A stretch of 64,000 nucleotides of DNA, taken from sequence record OM386663.1; one strand, 5' to 3'. This document shows, piece after piece, positions 16,295 to 24,434 of this stretch. The notes under the pieces were generated by a model. It saw nothing but the letters and a program-made list of their open reading frames with translations, had not been told where the DNA came from and ran no database searches. The DNA comes from Escherichia phage vB_EcoM_ESCO49. The position numbers were made by a program, and so were the translations under genes. Each line of letters starts with the position of its first letter. Position 1 is the first letter of the stretch.

Positions 16295-16843
16295 ATGGAA
16301 AAAGATAACTTAAAAGAAGTTGAAGGTAACTACCTAGTCCTTGACTGGAGTGATATTCGAGAAGCATTATCCAAAGAAAGCCTTGACATACTGGAGCAGC
16401 TTGTCTTCTCAGTACGACATATCAGAGAAGTTAGGAATGGTAAAGAGCCACTTGAAGGAATCTTTGTAGAGAAGTCTTATCCGTTCTATGAAGACACTTT
16501 ACAGAAAGTTAAAATGTACTTTAAACAGAAGAACCGTAAAGTGGTCACTATGGTATCTCTTGGTGGGCAGAGTATGTCTATTATGGAAGATATCAATCCT
16601 AAGAGACCAAGTAAGGGTGTCTGTATAAAAATCACAGGGCATGAAGAGTATATCTCAATTGATGATTTTAGTGCACTCTGTAATGGTTCTGCTGTCTTTA
16701 ATGGGTTTCACTATGATATCCGAGTGTACCCAATCAAGGGAGATGCTGTTATGATGCAGATATTTGATATCAATGGTGGATTTACTCATTTTTATCAGAC
16801 AACCAAGTCATCATTGAAGACAGTTTTAGAAAGTCTGATTTAA
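16295..16843 (+). CDS. hypothetical protein
   Basis: Track ORF 16238..16843 trimmed to the internal ATG (MEKDNLKEV...) just after the upstream stop. Confidence 0.4.
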   Translation: MEKDNLKEVEGNYLVLDWSDIREALSKESLDILEQLVFSVRHIREVRNGKEPLEGIFVEKSYPFYEDTLQKVKMYFKQKNRKVVTMVSLGGQSMSIMEDINPKRPSKGVCIKITGHEEYISIDDFSALCNGSAVFNGFHYDIRVYPIKGDAVMMQIFDINGGFTHFYQTTKSSLKTVLESLI

Positions 16844-16851
16844 AATATCTT

Positions 16852-16882
16852 AAGAGCCTCCTTAATTGGGGGCTTTTTATTG
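16852..16882 (+). terminator. putative rho-independent terminator ending the plus-strand block
   Basis: GC-rich hairpin GAGCCTCC...GGGGGCT followed by TTTTTATT. Confidence 0.45.
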
Positions 16883-16889
16883 AGTGAAA

Positions 16890-18480
16890 ATTACGAAATT
16901 TATAATTTTTATAAAATTTTATCGGTTGTCCCAACCTCTGGGTCACCATCATACGTGAATAAAATATCTATCCTTCTTAACAACCTTCTTAATCTTACTC
17001 TCTATATAGTTATATAGTACTATATAGTATCTTAGTAACTATCTAGTGGTCTTAATAGCCTCTCTGTATAACCCTTCTAACAAGCCTTCTAACAAGCCCT
17101 CTAAACACTCTTCTAACAAGCCTTCTTAATAACCTATACAATCACCTTAACCATCCCTCTATACCCTCTTAGAAGCTCCTATACACCTCTTAATCTCTAT
17201 GTTACCTATGATACCCTCTATAGGTGTTCACTAGGCACTACTAAGCCTCTATATAGACTGTTTTAACAAACTTAACAGGAATATCTTTACAGACCTTATC
17301 TCACAAGGCCTAACACGGTACTAACAAGGTATCTTATAAACCTGTTTATGCCTGTATTTTAGAAAGACTGTATAGGTAATTATTCAGAATTTTAATTTTT
17401 TTTATAAAATAGGACTGTCAAGTCATTTTTTAGGGTCTTTGAAGGAACTCAAAAATATCTGTCTAGGATGTATATCTGCTTGGTAGCCCTTAACAGCCCT
17501 GTAACATCCCCTTTGCAAAATTTTAAAATATCATTAACAAACTCTTAACAACTCTCTCAAGCTCTTAACATCTCTCCAAAGGTCTTAACAAATTCTTAAT
17601 AGTTTTAACAAGAGGGTAACAAATTTCTAACAAGTGCTGAAAAGGCTTTACAGAATCTTAACAGATGATTAACAAGAGCTAACAAGTTAATTTTTAAGGG
17701 TTATTTTGTTAAGATAATTAACAAGTTCCTAACAAGTATTTAACCTTTTTAACAAGCTATTAACATGGTCACTACTCTTTTCTTATCGTTCCCTTTCTCT
17801 CTTAGTGATTCTCTAAACATACCTTTTAAAAGCTCTCTATAGCTCCTTGTAAGCTCTTTTAAGCCTCTTCCTAGTAATTACACCCCAACTATACAGACAC
17901 CTCTTTATAGAGCTTTACAGGAGCTTTTAAGGCTATGTCAAAGACTCTTACAAGGCTTTTACATGGTATTAACAGAGATTTAACAAGGGGCTAACAAGTT
18001 GCTAACAAGCATAACTATGTAGGGATTGTTAAGAATTTGTTAAAAAGATGTTAAAGGGGCTAGCATTTACGTAACTTTTACGTAACTTTTGAGTAACTTT
18101 ATAGCCCCTATAACATACTTTTAAGACACTATCAAGCCCTTTTTAGTAGTTCACGAGATACTAGTCAGCCTATAAGCTTATACCCTTATAAGGTTCTTTT
18201 AAGCCTCTAGAAAGCTTTATAAAGGGCTTTTAAGGGTGAGGTAATGCAATCCCTTAAGTTATATTGATAAGGCTGTTATAGGGCTTTATAGGGCGTTTTA
18301 GGGGTTGCCCTTCCCTTTCGGGTTATGGGCTTGTATTTAAGGGAAAGATTAGTTGATTTGATAAAAGGCTATAGAATAAGCTATAGAGTTATTGCTTTTT
18401 AAGGTATGGGATAGAGTCTATCGAACCAGTGGGGAGATTCTGGAAAGGTGAGGGAAAGGGTTGTATAAGGATTCGATAGA
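16890..18480. repeat. ORF-free region dense in short direct repeats (TAACAAG/TAACAG family and a triplicated ACGTAACTTTT)
   Basis: About 1.6 kb with no ORF over 60 aa on either strand; more than 25 copies of (C/T)TAACA(A/G)G, mostly in one orientation (for example CTAACAAGCC three times within 17060-17110, clustered copies 17540-17790 and 17960-18010); TACGTAACTTTT repeated around 18070-18105. Confidence 0.6.
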
Positions 18481-18482
18481 CG

Positions 18483-18540
18483 TAAAAAAGCCCCATTTAA
18501 GGGGCTGTATAAAGGTATCTGGGGCTATTTAGCCCCGCTG
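18483..18540 (-). terminator. tandem hairpin terminators ending the small-gene array
   Basis: Hairpins AGCCCC-ATTTA-AGGGGCT and GGGGCT-ATTT-AGCCCC; the first is followed on the minus strand by a U-run (plus AAAAAA 18483-18488). Confidence 0.45.
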
Positions 18541-18546
18541 CGTCGA

Positions 18547-18795
18547 TTAGTTGTAACCTTGTTTGCTGTAGTACAGAGAGATAATCAAGTCACCCCAATA
18601 ATGATAGTGATGCTCATCGTTTAGTGCCTCTTTTACGGCATCTTTCCAAAAGTCATCAGTTGGGTTATAGTCTGGGATAACTTGCTTGATAACTGTCTTC
18701 ACTAAGGAAAAGCATTCATCAGTTCCACCGATATCAAATTTAACATCCAGAGTATAACAGCCATAAGCGTTTACAGTTGCGCGGATAGTTGCCAT
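18547..18795 (-). CDS. small hypothetical protein (array gene 1)
   Basis: Track ORF 18547..18912 trimmed to the ATG at 18795, which follows the conserved leader CCTAAACTGGAGAaTCtAAAA; the track's N-terminal extension translates the conserved hairpin. Confidence 0.5.
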   Translation of the reverse strand: MATIRATVNAYGCYTLDVKFDIGGTDECFSLVKTVIKQVIPDYNPTDDFWKDAVKEALNDEHHYHYWGDLIISLYYSKQGYN

Positions 18796-18912
18796 TTTTA
18801 GATTCTCCAGTTTAGGAAGTAGTTTAAGGACTTTATTTAGTGGGGAGGTCATACCCTCCCCGTTGATTGACAATTTACAGATTTTTGATTGTATCGTCAA
18901 TGTCTTTTTCAA
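18796..18912 (-). promoter_or_regulatory. type A cassette: sigma70-like promoter, 5'UTR hairpin and RBS
   Basis: Minus-strand sense: TTGACG, 17 nt, TAAATT, then hairpin GGGGAGG-GTATGA-CCTCCCC, then CCTAAACTGGAGA RBS and ATG. Confidence 0.5.
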
Positions 18913-19405
18913 TATCTTTTAAAGTTTTTTCTAAGTTCTTGATATTGAAAGATAAGCCCTCTCCCAATGTCTTAGAGTAAACATCAGGGCGCAAGTCATG
19001 CAGTTCGATTTCTTCCACTTCAAAGAGACTAACCAGTTCACCGCTTACATTGTAAGCCATTGAAACAGTATTTACAGGGGCTTTGTAAAACTTGTTCAAC
19101 GACTTGATAGACCGTTCATAAGCCATTTTATAACCGTTTAAAAGGTTTTTAACGTGATTGCGAACGTTTTTACACTCATCTAAGTAAATCCCTAAGAATA
19201 ACGGCAATAACTCCGCTATAGCTTGCATAAAGTGAGAGACCACAACGGTTGCAACATTACGACGATGAACGTAATAAGCCCCTTTTCCTGATTTAGTGAT
19301 AGTTGCAAAGTGTACACCATTGCAGCGAAATTCGTAGGTATCTTTAACAGGTTTAGACATTACAGCATTTGAACGAATGAAGTTGATAGCTTTGAACTTG
19401 TTCAT
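18875..19405 (-). CDS. hypothetical protein (array gene 2)
   Basis: Track ORF 18875..19447 trimmed to the ATG at 19405 that follows the conserved leader GGAGATTCAAAATG. Confidence 0.5.
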   Translation of the reverse strand: MNKFKAINFIRSNAVMSKPVKDTYEFRCNGVHFATITKSGKGAYYVHRRNVATVVVSHFMQAIAELLPLFLGIYLDECKNVRNHVKNLLNGYKMAYERSIKSLNKFYKAPVNTVSMAYNVSGELVSLFEVEEIELHDLRPDVYSKTLGEGLSFNIKNLEKTLKDIEKDIDDTIKNL

Positions 19406-19470
19406 TTTGAATCTCCAGTTTAGGACTTTATTTAGCGGGGAGGTCATCCCTCCCGTTGATTAGTACTTTA
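19406..19470 (-). promoter_or_regulatory. type A cassette (5'UTR hairpin plus RBS)
   Basis: Conserved TTTGAATCTCCAGTTTAGG...GGGGAGGTCATCCCTCCC on the plus strand. Confidence 0.45.
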
Positions 19471-19621
19471 CTTGTTTTGATAGCTGATTGCAAGCAATTT
19501 TTTAAGTTTATCTATAAAGAGTCTTTTAAGTGAATCCCTTTTAGATAAACCCCCTCGAACAAATCTACCAATGTCAAGGGGTGTTGTCAATACTTTTTGA
19601 AAGTTTTTTGTAAGTTATTGA

Positions 19622-19963
19622 TTAACTGATAAATATTTTTTCAGGCTTTACATAGCTGATACGTTGGATTTTTAGTAGGTCATTCCAGATTAATGCGGCA
19701 ATATGAGAATAGCCGGATTCACGTAGAAGCTTCATTGTTTTACTTCTTGTTTCAAATCGGTTTACGTAGTACTCACTATTTAAAACCGTTTTATTGCCTT
19801 CATTGTCCACATGGATAATCTGCATTACTTGAAAGGGGCTTACATCCTCGCCTTTATTCCATTGTTCAAAGTATTTTAGGCACTGCATAGGTGACATCTT
19901 ATCACTAACCTGCGTTGACCAAGATGCGCCAGCTTTATCAGCAATTACGGTTACATAAGCCAT
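19622..19963 (-). CDS. hypothetical protein (array gene 3)
   Basis: 113-aa ORF starting exactly at the conserved leader. Confidence 0.5.
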   Translation of the reverse strand: MAYVTVIADKAGASWSTQVSDKMSPMQCLKYFEQWNKGEDVSPFQVMQIIHVDNEGNKTVLNSEYYVNRFETRSKTMKLLRESGYSHIAALIWNDLLKIQRISYVKPEKIFIS

Positions 19964-20045
19964 TTTTGAATCTCCAGTTTAGGGTTTTATTTAGTGGGGA
20001 GGTCATACCCTCCCCGTTGATTGACAATTTACAGATTTTTATCCG
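19964..20045 (-). promoter_or_regulatory. type A cassette
   Basis: Plus strand TTTTGAATCTCCAGTTTAGGGTTTTATTTAGTGGGGAGGTCATACCCTCCCCGTTGATTGACAATTTACAGATTTTTAT, near-identical to the copy at 18796-18912. Confidence 0.5.
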
Positions 20046-20051
20046 GCTTGT

Positions 20052-20285
20052 CTAGTCTTTTTCAATGATAATTTCATCTTGGCCGTCAACACTGTCAAAA
20101 TAGATTCCGTCGTCATCTTCTGTCTTAAAGTAGCATTTTATATCATCACTTGCGGGATAGTCTTGTCTTGCTATCTGGCAAACTTGAATAGCATTTTCTT
20201 TACTTCCTGAAAACTCCTCAAGCCCTTTAAAGTCGCATGAATACCCATTACAGGTGGAAAGGATGAGATAAACGGTTATAAGCAT
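20052..20285 (-). CDS. small Cys-rich protein with signal-peptide-like N-terminus (array gene 4)
   Basis: 77 aa; MLITVYLILSTCNG hydrophobic N-terminus, acidic C-terminal half. Confidence 0.4.
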   Translation of the reverse strand: MLITVYLILSTCNGYSCDFKGLEEFSGSKENAIQVCQIARQDYPASDDIKCYFKTEDDDGIYFDSVDGQDEIIIEKD

Positions 20286-20348
20286 GATTTAAGCCCCCTA
20301 AATGGCCCTGTACGGGCCTTAAGTTGGAAATTGGTGTCTTTGTATGGT

Positions 20349-20912
20349 TTAGCCTAAAAAGTCGCTCATATTGCGTTCTGTGAGGCTGTTGGTAATTTTG
20401 TCCAGTAGGTCACAATACACAGAGCTATCACCGCTATTCTGTACAATTTTTGCAATACTCAACAAATCATCGTCAATATAGCCCAAATTGCGGTTAGTTG
20501 TATCAGGTACAAAGAAAGGCGCATACATCGCACTAAAATTCGCGGAGTGGATACCAACAATCCAATTTTTATCAAAGTAACCTGTAAAGCTGGCGATGTC
20601 GCTCATATTGTCACAAGAATAATCGTCCTCAAGTTCTTCCTCTGGGATATCCATCTCAATTACAATCACTTCCTGCGTTTCCATTTGGAAAGCTGCCGTA
20701 ATAAGCCCCGACTCTAAAGCATTTTGAATGCAGCGTTCACGGATGTAAGAAGCTTCTTCATCTTCCAGGCATTCCGTTTTGATAATCTTATCCATCGGGT
20801 AAACGTAAAAACAATCATCCATGTAAGAGCAGTTCCAGATACCCTCCGGCTTGTCGCCACCTTTAAGCAGGTTTACAAAGTTTTTCAGAGTAGTGCCGTG
20901 ATAGCATTTCAT
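20349..20912 (-). CDS. hypothetical acidic protein (array gene 5)
   Basis: 187-aa ORF starting at the conserved leader. Confidence 0.5.
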   Translation of the reverse strand: MKCYHGTTLKNFVNLLKGGDKPEGIWNCSYMDDCFYVYPMDKIIKTECLEDEEASYIRERCIQNALESGLITAAFQMETQEVIVIEMDIPEEELEDDYSCDNMSDIASFTGYFDKNWIVGIHSANFSAMYAPFFVPDTTNRNLGYIDDDLLSIAKIVQNSGDSSVYCDLLDKITNSLTERNMSDFLG

Positions 20913-20997
20913 TTTTGAATCTCCAGTTTAGGATTTAGTGGTAAAGCTCTTTATCTGGGGCTTACTATATCGAACTATAAGCCCCTTGTAAAGTACT
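20913..20997 (-). promoter_or_regulatory. type B cassette: promoter embedded in a hairpin, plus RBS
   Basis: Minus-strand sense: TTTACA, 17 nt, TATAGT within hairpin GGGGCTTA-13 nt-TAAGCCCC, then ...ACCACTAAATCCTAAACTGGAGATTCAAAAATG. Confidence 0.5.
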
Positions 20998-21201
20998 TTA
21001 TTTGTTATTTTTTACAACTTTTAAAACTGCAAGATAGCCTAAGCAATAGGAATCACCAAAGAGAGTCCTACCCATGAAAGAATCTTCTTTAATATCCTTT
21101 GCAGTGACAGTTTTTTCTACGCCGTGGGAAAGGACTACATCACCAACTTTAATGTCTTTGATGTGTGTAGTTTCAATGGTTAAACCGTTAATAATAGCCA
21201 T
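20998..21201 (-). CDS. small hypothetical protein (array gene 6)
   Basis: 67-aa ORF starting at the conserved leader. Confidence 0.45.
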   Translation of the reverse strand: MAIINGLTIETTHIKDIKVGDVVLSHGVEKTVTAKDIKEDSFMGRTLFGDSYCLGYLAVLKVVKNNK

Positions 21202-21295
21202 TTTTGAATCTCCAGTTTAGGGTTTTATTTAGTGGGGAGGTCATACCCTCCCCGTTGATGTGTAATTTAATCTATCTAAAAACCAGTGTCAACAA
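21202..21295 (-). promoter_or_regulatory. type A cassette with clear TTGACA-17-TAAATT promoter
   Basis: Minus-strand sense: TTGACACTGGTTTTTAGATAGATTAAATTACACATCAACGGGGAGGGTATGACCTCCCC...GGAGATTCAAAAATG. Confidence 0.55.
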
Positions 21296-21300
21296 AATTT

Positions 21301-21705
21301 TTAGAGTTCTGCATAAATTGCATCACAGACATCACGAAAATCGTGATTTGTCAAATTACGCTGTAACCAAGTGGCGAAAAAATCAGCGATTGCATAATTG
21401 GCATCATACTCGACGGATAGCCATACTTTAACAGCAAATCGAAACATCTTTAAATCAAGCTCTTTATTCATTACCTTTGATTTGCCTAACATGTCGGACA
21501 TTTCATATTGTGCGCCGTCTAGCGTGATACCTGCTGCAACGTCAGCCAATGAACTTTTTACGTTTTTAACGTCTAAAATAACGCTTTGAATCTTTCCGAT
21601 AATGTTGTGCAATGTTTCATCTGGCGCTGCTGATGTCATCACATTAATCCGGTTGACGGTCAAACGTGCTTTTAAGATAGATAATTCACGGTTATTAATA
21701 GCCAT
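21301..21705 (-). CDS. hypothetical protein (array gene 7)
   Basis: 134-aa ORF starting at the conserved leader. Confidence 0.5.
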   Translation of the reverse strand: MAINNRELSILKARLTVNRINVMTSAAPDETLHNIIGKIQSVILDVKNVKSSLADVAAGITLDGAQYEMSDMLGKSKVMNKELDLKMFRFAVKVWLSVEYDANYAIADFFATWLQRNLTNHDFRDVCDAIYAEL

Positions 21706-21790
21706 TTTTGAATCTCCAATTTAGGATTTAGTGGTAAAGCTCTTTATCTGGGGCTTACTATATCGAACTATAAGCCCCTTGTAAAGTACT
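21706..21790 (-). promoter_or_regulatory. type B cassette
   Basis: Near-identical to 20913-20997. Confidence 0.5.
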
Positions 21791-22063
21791 TTAAACTAAA
21801 TGCAGCTTTTTGCCTTTTACCATGATGTAACTTGATGCGCTATTGCTACAAACATCCTGATAAATTCTGCGCAAACGCCCTTTATAGTGTACTTTCCAGC
21901 TGGTTGGAATCTTTTTACCGTATCCCGTAGCAGTTTTTTGGAATCCTGCAAGTTGCCAATTCAAAATATGCTGTTCAGCTTGTAAATCCTCAAAGTGCAT
22001 TATGCCGTTCACATAGTGGCGTAGGGTTACGTTTAAGGTGCGACCGTTGTTAGTAGTATACAT
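21791..22063 (-). CDS. hypothetical protein (array gene 8)
   Basis: Track ORF 21791..22126 trimmed to the ATG at 22063 after the leader GGAGATTCAAAAATG. Confidence 0.5.
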   Translation of the reverse strand: MYTTNNGRTLNVTLRHYVNGIMHFEDLQAEQHILNWQLAGFQKTATGYGKKIPTSWKVHYKGRLRRIYQDVCSNSASSYIMVKGKKLHLV

Positions 22064-22145
22064 TTTTGAATCTCCTAGTTTAAGGGTTTTATTTAGTGGG
22101 GGGTTATCGCCCCCGTTGATGTGCAATTTAATCTATCTAAAAACC
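22064..22145 (-). promoter_or_regulatory. type A cassette (variant hairpin GGGGGGTTATCGCCCCC)
   Basis: Same architecture as 21202-21295, with TTGACACTGGTTTTTAGATAGATTAAATTGCACATCAACGGGGGC. Confidence 0.5.
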
Positions 22146-22149
22146 AGTG

Positions 22150-22482
22150 TCAAGCATTTTGTTTTCGTTTGCTCATTTCTTGAGCAATTACAGCGTAGTA
22201 GTCTTTTAAGTCACTGGTATTTAAAGCATTTATCAGGGAATTATAATCATCAACTAACTGAAAATCATCTTTGAAGATGTCACTAATCTGGTATGTTCTC
22301 GCTTTAAATCTGAAGCTCATCTCTAGCCGCTTTATTTGCTCATCACTTAAACGCTCCAGGAAGCTCATTACAAGGCTATTATTAACCTGTTGTGTGATAG
22401 CCTTATCTGCTAAATTATAGGCTTTATATGCCTTATACAGCGCGAAAATGGCTATAATGGCGGTGACGCCGGTCATTAACAT
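22150..22482 (-). CDS. small membrane protein (array gene 9)
   Basis: 110 aa; N-terminal transmembrane helix LMTGVTAIIAIFALYKAY; its ATG overlaps the stop of a 26-codon upstream ORF. Confidence 0.5.
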   Translation of the reverse strand: MLMTGVTAIIAIFALYKAYKAYNLADKAITQQVNNSLVMSFLERLSDEQIKRLEMSFRFKARTYQISDIFKDDFQLVDDYNSLINALNTSDLKDYYAVIAQEMSKRKQNA

Positions 22483-22645
22483 GGTGTTTCCTCTTTGAAA
22501 TCAATTTTATTAAGTGACTTGCTTAGATTTTCACGGACCTTATTTGATAATTTCATTTTTTGAATCTCCAGTTTAGGATTTAGTGGTAAAGCTCTTTATC
22601 TGGGGCTATCTTATCAGCTTGATAACCCCGTGTAAAAAGGTCTAT

Positions 22646-23158
22646 TTAGTCCTTAAAGATATTCATCACTGAATCTTTTAATGCTTCCAATTGCTCCAGT
22701 ACTTCAGATTCTGCGCCTGAATTGCTCACTTCCTCTTTTAGTCTATCCTCTAAATCAACGCCGTCACTATAACACCAATCAAAAGCATAACCAAGATAAA
22801 AACTTTCTAAAACCGTTTTGCCGTTTACATCTACAACTTTCGCGGCAAGGATGTATTCTGAAGCCTCTAAATCTCTTTCTAGTTCTTCCTGTAAGCTGAC
22901 ATAAGCCTCTTTTGATGGATTTTCCCGGCCCTGTTTTGCATAGTCACTTGAAAGCTGTTTAAGGCTATAATTTAAAGGGATTGCATATTTAAAGGCATTA
23001 TGACGATAGTTGGGGTTTTTAATAGTCACGCCGCCTTGATGGTCGTCTGTAAACTCCCAATCAGCAAGATTATGGCTTGACTCGTAGCAGTTTACCGCTT
23101 CATAGATGATTGAAAATTTTTCTTTTACAACTTCAAAAGTAGCGTCTACAGTTTTCAT
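22646..23158 (-). CDS. hypothetical protein (array gene 10)
   Basis: 170-aa ORF starting at the conserved leader. Confidence 0.5.
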   Translation of the reverse strand: MKTVDATFEVVKEKFSIIYEAVNCYESSHNLADWEFTDDHQGGVTIKNPNYRHNAFKYAIPLNYSLKQLSSDYAKQGRENPSKEAYVSLQEELERDLEASEYILAAKVVDVNGKTVLESFYLGYAFDWCYSDGVDLEDRLKEEVSNSGAESEVLEQLEALKDSVMNIFKD

Positions 23159-23244
23159 TTTAGAATCTCCAGTTTAGGGGTTTAGTGATAAAGCTCTTTA
23201 TCTGGGGCTTACTATATCGAACTATAAGCCCCTTGTAAAGTACT
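23159..23244 (-). promoter_or_regulatory. type B cassette
   Basis: Near-identical to 20913-20997. Confidence 0.5.
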
Positions 23245-23628
23245 TTATTTGTTAATTTTGAAAATTGTCACATAGCCATCGCTCCCGATAATTTGAGATA
23301 CTCCAGCTTTTTCTACTGAATAGCCCATATTCTCAAGATGATAAACAGCATCATCATAACCATATGCGCCGCCCTGATAACGTCTCTTATCACATCTTAT
23401 CAGGTTTTTACCACGTCCTGCAAGTGCATTTAGTACGGCTTTTTCACTTGAAAGCGTACCATCTAACATTGTTGCCGTGTAGTGGTTGATTCTGTTCCCG
23501 TTAATATCATACTTAAAATTGAACGAGTGAACAACAACTATTTTATCGTTAAATTTTTCATCAAGCGCCTTCTCTAATACATTACGGAAATTTTCTTTAT
23601 TGATGAATTTAGGTGCACGATATGCCAT
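23245..23628 (-). CDS. hypothetical protein (array gene 11)
   Basis: 127-aa ORF starting at the conserved leader. Confidence 0.5.
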   Translation of the reverse strand: MAYRAPKFINKENFRNVLEKALDEKFNDKIVVVHSFNFKYDINGNRINHYTATMLDGTLSSEKAVLNALAGRGKNLIRCDKRRYQGGAYGYDDAVYHLENMGYSVEKAGVSQIIGSDGYVTIFKINK

Positions 23629-23716
23629 TTTTGAATCTCCTAGTTTAAGGTTGTTGATAAAGCTCTTTATCTGGGGCTTAAGATATCAACTTTTAAGCCC
23701 CTTGTAAAGTACTTTA
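23629..23716 (-). promoter_or_regulatory. type B cassette (variant)
   Basis: Hairpin GGGGCTTAAGATATCAACTTTTAAGCCCC within the same architecture. Confidence 0.45.
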
Positions 23717-23923
23717 TTAGATATCGTAGTAATAAACTGCTGTCTGTCTTATGTGCTTTCTTGTGTTTCTTGTAAGGTAGCAATTAGAGTTTATAGCCGT
23801 TTCTACATAATTGCAATAGTCAGACTCTGAAATTCTGGACCATGCGCCGCAAATTTGCATGTAAAAACGTTTTACATTTGTGTTAACGTTAGTTGTGACC
23901 ATCAATTCACGACCGTATAGCAT
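23717..23923 (-). CDS. small hypothetical protein (array gene 12)
   Basis: 68-aa ORF starting at the conserved leader. Confidence 0.45.
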   Translation of the reverse strand: MLYGRELMVTTNVNTNVKRFYMQICGAWSRISESDYCNYVETAINSNCYLTRNTRKHIRQTAVYYYDI

Positions 23924-24159
23924 TTTTAGATTCTCCTAGTTTAAGGCTATCGGGCTTATCGCCCTGTCTGATGCAAATACTAGATAACCCCGTTCAAATA
24001 GTCAATAAAATTTTTAAAAATATTTTTGGCAAAAATGTAATGAAACGGGTGCGCGCGAATACCACAAAACAGAACACAAATCAAGAATTATTTTTCAATC
24101 CGCTACAAATTTTTCTGTTGACTTTTCTTTTCGGATGTGGTAGCCTTGTGAGAAATGGC

Positions 24160-24370
24160 GACATCCCCACCTACACCCACCTACCTGCACAATTCTAAAA
24201 TGATTTTTCTTGCCCGACCTGATTTTTCTCTGCACGTTTTGAAAATGAAAAAGCTCTTTGGAGATTACCTGCACAGTTTGAAAATGAATTTTCTCTTTGG
24301 AGTTCAAGATTTTCTCTACAGATTTCTCTATAGAAATATACCTGCACAATTCTGAAATGAAAAAGCCCTC
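24160..24370. repeat. three direct repeats of about 22 bp, ACCTGCACA(A/G)TT(C/T)(T/G)AAAATGA
   Basis: Copies at about 24184-24205, 24271-24292 and 24342-24363 in an intergenic region; track ORFs here are repeat artefacts. Confidence 0.5.
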
Positions 24371-24434
24371 CTTACCTGAAAAAATCTACCAGATAAGAAA
24401 GGCTTAGTCTATTGTGAATATTATACAGAGTTTC

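Noticed and set aside
16890-18480. Repeat-dense region considered as a CRISPR array
   Set aside because: The repeats are only 7-12 bp, irregularly spaced, without unique spacers of constant length, and there are no cas genes.
18796-18912. N-terminal extensions of array genes in the ORF track (for example 18547..18912 and 18875..19447 beginning MTSPLNKVL)
   Set aside because: The extension is the translation of the conserved GGGGAGG...CCTCCCC hairpin that recurs upstream of unrelated genes; the true starts are the ATGs right after the leader GGAGATTCAAAA.
23971-24355. Three overlapping ORFs (23971..24198 plus, 24095..24349 minus, 24155..24355 plus)
   Set aside because: They overlap each other inside the direct-repeat region and have repetitive low-complexity translations; more likely non-coding.
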